A stretch of DNA of 64,000 nucleotides from Candidatus Staskawiczbacteria bacterium RIFCSPLOWO2_01_FULL_33_13 (GTDB taxonomy: Bacteria; Patescibacteriota; Minisyncoccia; Minisyncoccales; Staskawiczbacteraceae), in NCBI GenBank assembly GCA_001820215.1, contig MHOW01000006.1:47039-111038 (forward strand). The letters run 5' to 3'. Shown here piece by piece: positions 29,025-37,238 of this stretch. Made by a program: the position numbers and the translations under genes. The notes under the pieces were generated by a model, which had not been told where the DNA came from, did not search any database, and saw only the letters and a list, made by a program, of their open reading frames with translations. Numbering within the stretch: position 1 is the first letter of the stretch; every line of letters begins with the position of its first letter.

Positions 29025-29285
29025 ATGGCAATCATAAAATCAGCTAAAAAAGCTATCAGACAAAATAAAAAAAATAGGATTCACAATCTTATTTATATCA
29101 ACAAAATAAAAAGCCTTGTAAAAGAAACTAAGTCTTTAGTTTTACAAAAGAAAAATAAAGAGGCAAAAGAGCTGTTGCCTAAAGTATATGAGGCTTTAGA
29201 TAAAGCAGCAAAGATTGGAGTTATTAAAAAAAATAATGCTTCAAGAAGGAAGTCTCGAATGGCTAAAGCCATAGGGCGACTCTAA
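29025..29285 (+). CDS. rpsT: 30S ribosomal protein S20
   Basis: KSAKKAIRQ, LDKAAK.GVIKKN.ASR.KSR. Confidence 0.95.
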   Translation: MAIIKSAKKAIRQNKKNRIHNLIYINKIKSLVKETKSLVLQKKNKEAKELLPKVYEALDKAAKIGVIKKNNASRRKSRMAKAIGRL

Positions 29286-29743
29286 TTTATAAATCACACA
29301 CTAATATACTAATTAAAAGAGTTATTAATCTAAATTAATAACTCTTTTTGGTTTTAAATAGGTGCTACGAAAATTGACTATTAAACCAAGATGTAATTTC
29401 GAAAATTTTAAATATCTTATCATTTGAAAATAATCTTCTTTTGTAATAAATTTTTTAGACTTTATATCAAGTAAAATCTTATCGTCAATACAAAAATCTA
29501 CTTTATTGCTTGCATCTTTTTTGTTAATAATTTCAATTGGTAATATTTTTTCTCTTTCAAAAAAAATATTAGCCTTTTTCAATTCTATTTCTAAAAGATC
29601 TCCGTATTGGATTTCTCTACAAAACCTACCTAACTTATTATGAACCTTAAATAAAACTCCAGAAATCTTATAAGATAGTTCCGGATGGATTAGTTCGATT
29701 TTATTAGTAAATTCGTGTGTCATTAGTAAATTGGTGTCGCCTA
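29272..29743 (-). mobile_element. IR-flanked GxxExxY gene unit
   Basis: Imperfect inverted repeats at 29272-29312 and 29703-29743; gene-less copy at 63442-63523. Confidence 0.6.
29325..29723 (-). CDS. GxxExxY family (PD-(D/E)XK-like) protein
   Basis: VHNKLG.FC.EIQY, VDFCID.KILLDIK, Q..RYL, LGLIVNF. Confidence 0.85.
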   Translation of the reverse strand: MTHEFTNKIELIHPELSYKISGVLFKVHNKLGRFCREIQYGDLLEIELKKANIFFEREKILPIEIINKKDASNKVDFCIDDKILLDIKSKKFITKEDYFQMIRYLKFSKLHLGLIVNFRSTYLKPKRVINLD

Positions 29744-30742
29744 GATTTCTGATACCAGTAAATCCAGCGCTGTTTCCATTTCTATTTTTCCTGTTTTAAT
29801 ATCTAAGTCAGTTTGGTATATTTTTTTATATATTTTTTTTAATTCTTCGAATGAAAATTGATTGCATGTAAAATAATTCTTTTTGACTACAAAAGGGTGC
29901 AAACCACTTTTTTTTACAATAGAGGCATACATTAACCCCTGTTCTGATAACTCTTTTATTACAAGTAAATTTTTAAATTGATAAGCTATCATTGAAAAAA
30001 GATACAATGGATTATCTCCTCCATCAATGTGCTTATGCAATAAAGAAAGTGCCTGCGGTTTATTTTTTTGAGCTAAAGAATCAATGGTTTTAAAAATATC
30101 GGTTTCAATTTTTGGCTTTGTCAACAAAACCACATCTTCTTTTTTTACCACAAGCCCATTTTTAAAATTTGATAATTTTTTGATTTCACCTGAAAGCCTC
30201 CAAAGATCGTTGCCAACATATGACAAAAGCAAATCTAAGGCATCAACATTTACCCGATTAAATTGTCTCGCATCGCGAGACACCGTTTCGCTTTGCGAAA
30301 CGGATTTAACCGGGTGAATTTTTGTCTTATATTTTTCAAATTCTTTTACTGCCCACAACTTTACATTTTTATTATCTAATAATCCAAACTCTTGGCTTTT
30401 ACATTCTTTTATTAACACCTTAAATATTTTTAATCTTTGATCAACCGTTTCTGATTCGTACACCACAATAATATCCTTTAATGCCTGTAATTTTTTTATT
30501 TCACCCAAAAAGTTTTCTTGAAATTTTTTATTTGAAAAAACATTTTTTAAAATAATAAGCTTTGTTTCTCCAAACATTGAAGAAATAGTAAAATTGCCAT
30601 GAAATTCTAAAAAGTCGGCTTGGTTGGCATCCATATAAACCAAATTCAATCCGCTTTTGCGGATTTTTTTATAATGGTCAACTATTTCATCTAATTTCTC
30701 TTTTGACCTATATGAATCTTCACCATATAAAAATATAATCAT
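29741..30742 (-). CDS. holA: DNA polymerase III delta subunit
   Basis: MIIFLYGED, SMFG..KLI, G.DL..L..EI.KL, IF..ID, HPFVV.K, D..IKTG; adjacent to rpsT. Confidence 0.9.
   Translation of the reverse strand: MIIFLYGEDSYRSKEKLDEIVDHYKKIRKSGLNLVYMDANQADFLEFHGNFTISSMFGETKLIILKNVFSNKKFQENFLGEIKKLQALKDIIVVYESETVDQRLKIFKVLIKECKSQEFGLLDNKNVKLWAVKEFEKYKTKIHPVKSVSQSETVSRDARQFNRVNVDALDLLLSYVGNDLWRLSGEIKKLSNFKNGLVVKKEDVVLLTKPKIETDIFKTIDSLAQKNKPQALSLLHKHIDGGDNPLYLFSMIAYQFKNLLVIKELSEQGLMYASIVKKSGLHPFVVKKNYFTCNQFSFEELKKIYKKIYQTDLDIKTGKIEMETALDLLVSEI
30251..30316. repeat. Family B Y-shaped element in-frame in holA (HPVKSVSQSETVSRDARQFNRV)
   Basis: tacccgattaaat / atttaaccgggtg with two GC-rich inner hairpins; 66 nt. 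Confidence 0.85.
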
Positions 30743-30807
30743 AATGTAATTCGTTTTCATTAATTTCCAATTCATTAATTTCCAACTGAAAAACCAACAA
30801 CAAGATC

Positions 30808-30826
30808 CGACGACGCCCGACGTCGT
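30808..30826. repeat. REP-like motif downstream of RAYT
   Basis: cgacgacgcccgacgtcgt; identical copy at 31393-31411, inverted copy at 31623-31639. Confidence 0.75.
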
Positions 30827-30849
30827 TCTTAATAAGCACATTGTCTATT

Positions 30850-31614
30850 TTATTCAAGCAAAACATCGCCATATAAAGATGGATCTTTTTTGTACGAAAC
30901 CCATTCTGTCATATTATTTATTATGCCTTTTTCTTTACCCATAAATTCTGTTACGAAAATCCTCTCTGTTACAGAGGGGAAATTTTTAATACCTACATAA
31001 TCCGGAAAACTTGACCACCGATGACCTGTTTTCAAAAAATTAACAACTTCTTCAATCGAATGTTTTTTAATTCCCTGCTCTTTAAAATTTGGCTCGATTA
31101 AGGAAATGGGATTAGCGTGAATATAATTAATCACCATCATTAATTGATTATCGTCTTTAATAATTACAGAGCGAAACCTGTTTTGAAAAACATACCCCTT
31201 GCGCTGATGCTTTTGATTAAAATATCTTCCATATCCACTTCCTAATTTTACCATAAAATCATGTAATCCATTTTCGGTAATTTGCTTTAATAATAAATGG
31301 ATATGGTTAGGCATAAAACAAAATGCTAAAATATCAACCAATTTTTCCCTTATATCTATTTCGAGTTTTTCTATCTCTTCCAACAAATCAACCGACGACG
31401 CCCGACGTCGTCTTATTTGTAATGATATTTTTTCTTTTTGACGCTGTTCTCTGCGCTTCATTATACTTACTGGATTAGAATTATTAAATTCATATATAGA
31501 AAAAATTCCACGGTAAAAATCATCCTTATTTTTAAATATAATATTATTATCTATACCTCTTAAAATAATGTGATAAATATCACCATTAATAAATTCTTCT
31601 TTTCTGTATGGCAT
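30850..31614 (-). CDS. REP-associated tyrosine transposase (RAYT; IS200-like HUH Y1)
   Basis: YHIILRG, FCFMPNHIHLLL (HUH), Y.RYFN....RKG.VFQNRF, YIHANP, WSS. Confidence 0.9.
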   Translation of the reverse strand: MPYRKEEFINGDIYHIILRGIDNNIIFKNKDDFYRGIFSIYEFNNSNPVSIMKRREQRQKEKISLQIRRRRASSVDLLEEIEKLEIDIREKLVDILAFCFMPNHIHLLLKQITENGLHDFMVKLGSGYGRYFNQKHQRKGYVFQNRFRSVIIKDDNQLMMVINYIHANPISLIEPNFKEQGIKKHSIEEVVNFLKTGHRWSSFPDYVGIKNFPSVTERIFVTEFMGKEKGIINNMTEWVSYKKDPSLYGDVLLE

Positions 31615-31620
31615 AATTAA

Positions 31621-31660
31621 GTCGACGTCGGGCGTCGTCTTCGTCGTCTTCCGTCGTCTT
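31621..31660. repeat. REP-like motif plus cgtcgtctt repeats upstream of RAYT
   Basis: gtcgacgtcggg cgtcgtctt cgtcgtctt c cgtcgtctt. Confidence 0.7.
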
Positions 31661-31666
31661 CTTTGT

Positions 31667-32638
31667 CTATTTTAATTGTTTTTTTGGTTTAAAATACAAT
31701 GGATCACTTAATATAGTTTTATATTTTACTGGCAAAACTATTCTTGGAATTTTCACATCACTACCTCCTTTGCGACCCATTGTAACAGGAGGCATATCTT
31801 TACCTTTTCGTAAATTATTAATAAAATCTAATTTTCGTGAATAAAGTTTTTCTGGATTCGTTAATGCGACCACCGCGCTTTCGCAAAGATCTTCTCGTGG
31901 ATCAACTTCTCGGGCATACTTAGAAACACATATTTCTGGCATAGTGGTTTCGTATAATGTAGAATCGCCACCGTCAAGGTTTCTAGACACATCTGTAAAT
32001 CTCCAGCCAAATTTTTTTGACCAATTAGCTATAACCAAATCCACTGCACCTTCAACTTTATGAAAAAATTCATGAATAAGGGTTCCCAAAAAATTTGATA
32101 CTCCCTGAAAATTTGGATTTTTTTCTTCTGACCTATAATCATTGTTTAAATCTGTTCCTTTTGGATAAATTCTAACCACATCATCATTGTACTGAACATG
32201 CCCCCTCATTTCTTCGCCAGTATTTTTATTTATTGGTTTTTTATCATCAATAAGTATATATTTTACCCTTCTTAGCGGCTCACCCTCTACTGTAGACAAA
32301 AGTTCTACTGCTCTTTTTAATTCTTCTAAATGTTGCCGCTGTAATTGTTCATTAAAGTTATACAAAGAAATTTCATGCTCTCCAATCTTTATATCAATTT
32401 GTTCTTTTGGCAAACCCTTTTCCTGCCAATATTTTTGTAACCACCAATTTTGTTGAATTAATTTTTCTCTAACAAACTTTTCTATATCAATCTGCAATGT
32501 TTTTGACGAAAAAATTACTGCCTCAAAAGCATCGCCATATCCAGGTTCTCCCTTAAAAACTTCTGTAAGACCTATGTCCTTGGCAGATTGATATTCTGGA
32601 TTTATTCCTTGATTTGGATCTTTTTCAAAACCTTCCAT
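31667..32638 (-). CDS. Hypothetical protein, putative zinc metallopeptidase
   Basis: HEFFH (HExxH) followed by S.YA....EDLCES. Confidence 0.65.
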   Translation of the reverse strand: MEGFEKDPNQGINPEYQSAKDIGLTEVFKGEPGYGDAFEAVIFSSKTLQIDIEKFVREKLIQQNWWLQKYWQEKGLPKEQIDIKIGEHEISLYNFNEQLQRQHLEELKRAVELLSTVEGEPLRRVKYILIDDKKPINKNTGEEMRGHVQYNDDVVRIYPKGTDLNNDYRSEEKNPNFQGVSNFLGTLIHEFFHKVEGAVDLVIANWSKKFGWRFTDVSRNLDGGDSTLYETTMPEICVSKYAREVDPREDLCESAVVALTNPEKLYSRKLDFINNLRKGKDMPPVTMGRKGGSDVKIPRIVLPVKYKTILSDPLYFKPKKQLK

Positions 32639-32664
32639 AGTAATTTAAAATTTAATCTACACAA

Positions 32665-32853
32665 TAGACCTACTGCGTAAAGATTTTTCTGGTGCAAATT
32701 GAATCTTTTGGCTATAAATTACCAAAATCTTCGTGGCTTATCCAGAGGATAAGCCTTGTCAATTTTTGAAATTTCTAGATCAAAACATTCCTTGATCAGC
32801 AGAGCATCCCGAAGGCTGATTTTCGTAACGAAAACCTTTACGCAGTAGGTCTA
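32665..32853. repeat. Family C element, long copy
   Basis: Perfect 18-bp arms tagacctactgcgtaaag / ctttacgcagtaggtcta. Confidence 0.85.
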
Positions 32854-32861
32854 ATATATTT

Positions 32862-33737
32862 TTATATCTTTTGGCAATTTGGGCAAAAAAATGCGCTTCT
32901 GCCACCAAATTTTAAACGGACAATAATTGTTTTACAACGAGAACATTTTTCCTTTTCCCTTTTATAAACTTGTCTTTCATTATCAAAATGCCCCTTTTTG
33001 CCATCAACATTCCTATAATCAGAAAAACTTTCGCCACCCAATTTAATTCCAGCTAATAATACTTTTTTTATTGCATTATAAAGCGATTGTAATTCTTTTT
33101 TGCTCAGTTTTGAAATATCTTTTTTTGGGTGTATGCGAGACCACCATAATGCTTCACTAGAATAAATATTGCCTATTCCGGCAATTATTTCGGGTTTCAT
33201 TATAATCTGTTTAACAGTGCCCTTTTTACCCTTAAATAATGCTTCAAATTTTTTAAAGGTAAAACTTTTTTGAAGCGGCTCGGGCCCCCAACTTTTAAAC
33301 TCTTTTGAATTTAATAAATCTTTTGTCTTCCATAATTCCGCTTTAGCAAATTTTCTTACATCAGACAATGCAATCATTTTTTTATTATCCAAAAAGAATA
33401 TTAAATGCAAAAAAGTATTTATTTTTTCTTCAAGAGGCCCTGATTTTAATGGCTTCCACATATTGTTTTCCATTTTCCATTCTGCAACCATTAAGTGGCC
33501 TGTCATTTTTTGGTGAATTAATAAAGAATATCCTCCAGATAAATCGAAAATAACATTCTTTGCTCTGCGATAAATCTTTTCTATTTTTTTACCTTGTAGT
33601 TCTTTTTTAAAAACTTCAAAGTCTTTTGGTTTTTTAACTATTTTTTTCCAATCCGACCACACATCAATAAAGGTCCTTTGTAGGACCTTTGAATTTAAAC
33701 CGTCTACGGTTGTTTGAACTTCTGGTAATTCTGGCAT
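32862..33737 (-). CDS. mutM: Formamidopyrimidine-DNA glycosylase
   Basis: MPELPEVQT, RRAK, H.KMTG, D.RKF, GIGNIY..E, C-terminal zinc finger. Confidence 0.96.
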   Translation of the reverse strand: MPELPEVQTTVDGLNSKVLQRTFIDVWSDWKKIVKKPKDFEVFKKELQGKKIEKIYRRAKNVIFDLSGGYSLLIHQKMTGHLMVAEWKMENNMWKPLKSGPLEEKINTFLHLIFFLDNKKMIALSDVRKFAKAELWKTKDLLNSKEFKSWGPEPLQKSFTFKKFEALFKGKKGTVKQIIMKPEIIAGIGNIYSSEALWWSRIHPKKDISKLSKKELQSLYNAIKKVLLAGIKLGGESFSDYRNVDGKKGHFDNERQVYKREKEKCSRCKTIIVRLKFGGRSAFFCPNCQKI

Positions 33738-33766
33738 TACTATACCTTGAATTATATTACCCTAAC

Positions 33767-34396
33767 TTACTTTTCCCAGTCACTTTTTGACCACACTGGT
33801 GGCTCTTTTTCAGTAAGCTTAGAAACTTTTTTATTTTTCCCCTTGTTTAATTCTTCTTTTAATTTATTTACCTGGTTTTTTAATTCTGTAGATTCCATCT
33901 CTCTCAATTTGGTTTGTTTTTGTAATTTTTCTAATTCTGTAGATGTTTTTTGAATTTCAAATGTCCTGTTTCTTATCTTTTGCTCTAAGGCATCTATCGT
34001 TTCTTCTAGTGGCTGGGTTCTTGCTTGAACTTTTATGTCAACTGATTTTTCCATCATCTCGGTTTCAGAACGGCTTTCTTGAAGGTTATCAGCTATTTTA
34101 TTAAAAACCCTAGCCAATTCTCCCAACTCATCTTTACTTTCTAAATAAAATCTGCTTTTTAAATCACCCTTACTTAAACTATCGGCTGATTTTAGTAATT
34201 TTCTTACGGGTGAAGAAAAATTTTGGCCGGTGGCAAAACCAAATAAAAATATATAAACAATAAGAAGGAAAAAAATAATATAAAAATCCCTGGTTAAAGT
34301 TCCGTAATTAAATGCCACAAAGGCAACGATTACAAAAAGTCCGGCGATAATTATAGGATAGGCTATTTTTAAAGAAAGTTTTGGCATCGTCAACAT
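33767..34396 (-). CDS. Membrane protein with HAMP domain and coiled coil
   Basis: Two TM helices; P.RKL...AD..SKGDL....SKDELGELARVFN. Confidence 0.8.
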   Translation of the reverse strand: MLTMPKLSLKIAYPIIIAGLFVIVAFVAFNYGTLTRDFYIIFFLLIVYIFLFGFATGQNFSSPVRKLLKSADSLSKGDLKSRFYLESKDELGELARVFNKIADNLQESRSETEMMEKSVDIKVQARTQPLEETIDALEQKIRNRTFEIQKTSTELEKLQKQTKLREMESTELKNQVNKLKEELNKGKNKKVSKLTEKEPPVWSKSDWEK

Positions 34397-34449
34397 GAAA
34401 ATTAATTTAATAGTTACTTTGAATTTAATTTTACACTAAACAATTATTT

Positions 34450-34523
34450 TAATCCAGTTAAATAAAATCCTTTGGATTTTAATCTCGCCATTTTATAAAT
34501 GGCGAGATTATTTAACCGGATTA
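34450..34523. repeat. Family B Y-shaped element
   Basis: taatccagttaaata / tatttaaccggatta with two inner hairpins; overlaps the stop of 34521..35408. Confidence 0.8.
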
Positions 34524-35408
34524 ATCAAAAACTAAGCTAGGCAGCCTATCTATAAGGCTTGCAAACCCCATGTTATTAAAAATGGTTTTTACTTTTTCTT
34601 GATCAAATGTGGTAAATTTGCAATTTTCTAAATTAAAATCTAATTCTAAATCTTTTACGGTTTCTACTAATTGCAGGGATAAAAAAGCGCTTTCCTTATT
34701 TTGTTTTAATGCCTCTTTTATTTTTGGTTTTACCACGGCGGTATCTGTTGAAAGCTCGTCATAAAGATTTTTTACACTACCAAATCTTTGTATTAAGTCT
34801 GCTGCTGTTGTTTTGCCAATACCCGGCACACCGGGTATATTATCTGAACTATCTCCCGTTAATGCCTTAAAGTCGTTCATTTGCAAAGGGCTAACCCCAA
34901 ACCTTTCAACCACCTTGTTTTCATCATATAGTACTGCATCTTTTATGCCTTTGCCTAAGGTGTATACTTTTATTTTTTCATCAACAAGTTGTAAATTGTC
35001 TAAATCTCCACTTAAAATATAAATTTGGGCATAAGCCTCATTTTTTTTAGCAATAGTAGCTATTAAGTCATCTGCTTCAAAACCTTCCTTTTCAAAAATG
35101 GGTATATTAAAACTTTTTAACACTTCTTTGATAATGGGTATTTGAGAGATAATATCATCTGGGGTTTTTGGCCGATGAGCCTTGTAATCATCAAATTTTT
35201 CGTGGCGGAATGTTGGCTTTGGTGTATCAAAACAGGCAACAATATAATTAGCCCTTAAATCTTTTATAGCTTTAAATAAAATCAGCAAAAAGCCATATGC
35301 CGCTCCGGTTGCTTGGCCATTTTTATTAGTTAACGGAGGCAACGCATGAAACGCGCGATACAAAAGCGCACTGGAATCAATAATAATTAACTTTTTTTCG
35401 TTTGCCAT
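34521..35408 (-). CDS. Stand-alone 5'-3' exonuclease (PolA N-terminal domain)
   Basis: IDSSALLYRAFHA, FD, YKA.R, EADD, SGD.D..QL, GD.SDNIPGVPGIG.TTA. Confidence 0.9.
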   Translation of the reverse strand: MANEKKLIIIDSSALLYRAFHALPPLTNKNGQATGAAYGFLLILFKAIKDLRANYIVACFDTPKPTFRHEKFDDYKAHRPKTPDDIISQIPIIKEVLKSFNIPIFEKEGFEADDLIATIAKKNEAYAQIYILSGDLDNLQLVDEKIKVYTLGKGIKDAVLYDENKVVERFGVSPLQMNDFKALTGDSSDNIPGVPGIGKTTAADLIQRFGSVKNLYDELSTDTAVVKPKIKEALKQNKESAFLSLQLVETVKDLELDFNLENCKFTTFDQEKVKTIFNNMGFASLIDRLPSLVFD

Positions 35409-35424
35409 ATTTTATTTTATCATT

Positions 35425-35916
35425 TTATTTATCCATTGTCAGTTCTCTTTTATTTTCGCCCTGAGTGGAGTCAAAAGATTCTTTTGAGCGTTTGAATTTA
35501 ATTACTATTGCATTTTTAAGCATTATTTTTTTTATTTTCTCTGGCCATTCAATGGCAACTATATTTTCTGGATTTAAAATAATTTCCCTAAAACCTAAAT
35601 CTAAAATCTCTTCAGGCTTGTTTAATCTATAACAATCAATGTGGTAGAAAAAATTGAAGCTTGAAGCTTGAAGTTTCAAGCTTGAAGTTGGAATCTTAAA
35701 TTTTTTCATAATAACAAAGGTTGGACTATTTACTTTTTCTTTAATACCTAAACCTTTTGCAAATCCTTGCAAAAAGGTTGTTTTTCCGGCGCCAAGCTCT
35801 CCCTGTAAACCTAAAACTGTCGCAATGTTACCTAAATTTTGCTTTAAAATTTGTTTTGCCAAATTTTCCCCTATTTTTTGTGTCTGTTGAAAATTATAAG
35901 TGGTATTTTTTTTCAT
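35425..35916 (-). CDS. tsaE: t6A biosynthesis ATPase TsaE
   Basis: L.GELGAGKTT, V.SPTF, HID.YRL, IEW. Confidence 0.93.
   Translation of the reverse strand: MKKNTTYNFQQTQKIGENLAKQILKQNLGNIATVLGLQGELGAGKTTFLQGFAKGLGIKEKVNSPTFVIMKKFKIPTSSLKLQASSFNFFYHIDCYRLNKPEEILDLGFREIILNPENIVAIEWPEKIKKIMLKNAIVIKFKRSKESFDSTQGENKRELTMDK
35455..35478 (-). repeat. Degenerate CCTTCG..CTCAGG mini element in-frame in tsaE (SFDSTQGE)
   Basis: tcttttgactccactcagggcgaa on the coding strand. Confidence 0.6.
35654..35690. repeat. Heptamer array (TTGAAGC) in-frame in tsaE
   Basis: Encodes TSSLKLQASSF. Confidence 0.7.
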
Positions 35917-35921
35917 TTTGT

Positions 35922-36043
35922 AGTTGACTCTTCACCCAAAATGACGCTGATATTATTTACTCTCTAAGCTTTTTGTTAAATTTAAATTAAATAAAATGGG
36001 TTACACCTATACTTCAAATGTCATTTTGAGTGAAGAGTTGACT
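35922..36043. repeat. IR-bounded element between divergent genes
   Basis: agttgactcttcacccaaaatgac ... gtcattttgagtgaagagttgact (21/24 match). Confidence 0.65.
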
Positions 36044-36087
36044 TTTGCATATAAATGAATTAGCTTGAAATAAAGTAAATAAACCCC

Positions 36088-37212
36088 ATGGAATCATTAC
36101 AAGAAGCAAAAAAATGTATAGCTGAAGCTAATAATATTTGCATAATTCCATCACAAACTAATGAGCCAGAAAGCTTAACTAGCGCCTTGGCTCTTTTTTA
36201 TACATTAAAAGAATTACATAAAAATGTAAACCCAATAATGGAGGATTTGCCTGAAAAATTAAGTTTTTTAACTCCTTCTTTAGACTTTATATCTTCTCCA
36301 AAAAATTTTGTGATTTCAATACCAAGAGCTCAAGCCGATGTGTCGCAGATTTATTATGAAAAAAATGAAGATAATTTGAAAATATATTTAACTTTAGACA
36401 AAGGAACTCTAAAAAAAGACCAGATATATTTTTATTTTTCAGAAGCAAAACCAGACCTTGTAATAACTTTAGGAATACAAGACTTTCAAAAAGAATTAGA
36501 GGGCAAATTAGACTCATTTGGATTTTTACTTGGTTGTCCTATTATTAATATTGATAATAATGAACAACCCTTCGGCGAAACTCAGGGTAAAAATAAAAAA
36601 TTTGGAACTGTTAATATTATAGAAAACACATCTCTCTCGGAAATAGTATTGGGGTTGATAACATCAATTGATGAAAATGTAATCAAAAAAAATATTGCTA
36701 ATTGCCTTCTTTCGGGTTTAATTATGTATTATAAAAATTTTACAAGTATAAAAACTAATGACCAAGTTTTTAAAATTTCCTCAGATTTAATAAAGAAAGG
36801 GGCAAATCACCAAGAAATAATTGATAATATATACAAAACAAATCCAATAGAACTCCATTTTTTACAAAAAATATTTCAAAACCTAAAATCAACAGATAGT
36901 AATAACACCTCTTTTTCAATATTAGATTCCGATGATTTTCAATATTTTTCAGAAAAAGAAGCTGAATCAACCGTAGAAAAAATAAAAACTATGGGAATGC
37001 AGGGCGACTTATTAGTGTTATGGAAAAGTCATACTTCGCCCAAGATGGTAAAGGGATTCTTCTGCTCAAAAAAGCCACACTTATTAAATAAAATTGCCGA
37101 TAACCAGGCAGGTACCACTAAAGACGGCTGGGTATTTTTAGAAATAAACGAAACAGATATTGATTTGGCAAAAAATAAAATACTGCATTTAATTAATATG
37201 GCTAGTAATTAG
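36088..37212 (+). CDS. Degenerate DHH-family phosphoesterase-like protein
   Basis: SALAL, L.FL, DLVITLG, INIDNN (DHH position), FG.VN, S.SE, IA.CLL.G, F.S. Confidence 0.65.
   Translation: MESLQEAKKCIAEANNICIIPSQTNEPESLTSALALFYTLKELHKNVNPIMEDLPEKLSFLTPSLDFISSPKNFVISIPRAQADVSQIYYEKNEDNLKIYLTLDKGTLKKDQIYFYFSEAKPDLVITLGIQDFQKELEGKLDSFGFLLGCPIINIDNNEQPFGETQGKNKKFGTVNIIENTSLSEIVLGLITSIDENVIKKNIANCLLSGLIMYYKNFTSIKTNDQVFKISSDLIKKGANHQEIIDNIYKTNPIELHFLQKIFQNLKSTDSNNTSFSILDSDDFQYFSEKEAESTVEKIKTMGMQGDLLVLWKSHTSPKMVKGFFCSKKPHLLNKIADNQAGTTKDGWVFLEINETDIDLAKNKILHLINMASN
36566..36590 (+). repeat. CCTTCG..CTCAGG mini element in-frame (PFGETQG)
   Basis: aacccttcggcgaaactcagggtaa. Confidence 0.7.
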
Positions 37213-37238
37213 AATATTTATTATTGATAAAAAATTAC

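Noticed and set aside
30743-30841. N-terminal extension of HolA in the ORF track
   Set aside because: It is translated REP and heptamer repeat sequence; MIIFLYGED is the typical start.
28190-32853. Integron attC sites
   Set aside because: The GTTAGAC/GTCTAAC-like end is in the wrong order relative to the genes, there is no cassette array, and no integron integrase is present.
33744-33754. accttgaatta resembling a family A arm
   Set aside because: Only 11 bp, no partner arm; equally explained as the mutM -10 region.
34521-35408. polA pseudogene
   Set aside because: The ORF ends cleanly at the domain boundary with acidic motifs intact; consistent with a stand-alone exonuclease.
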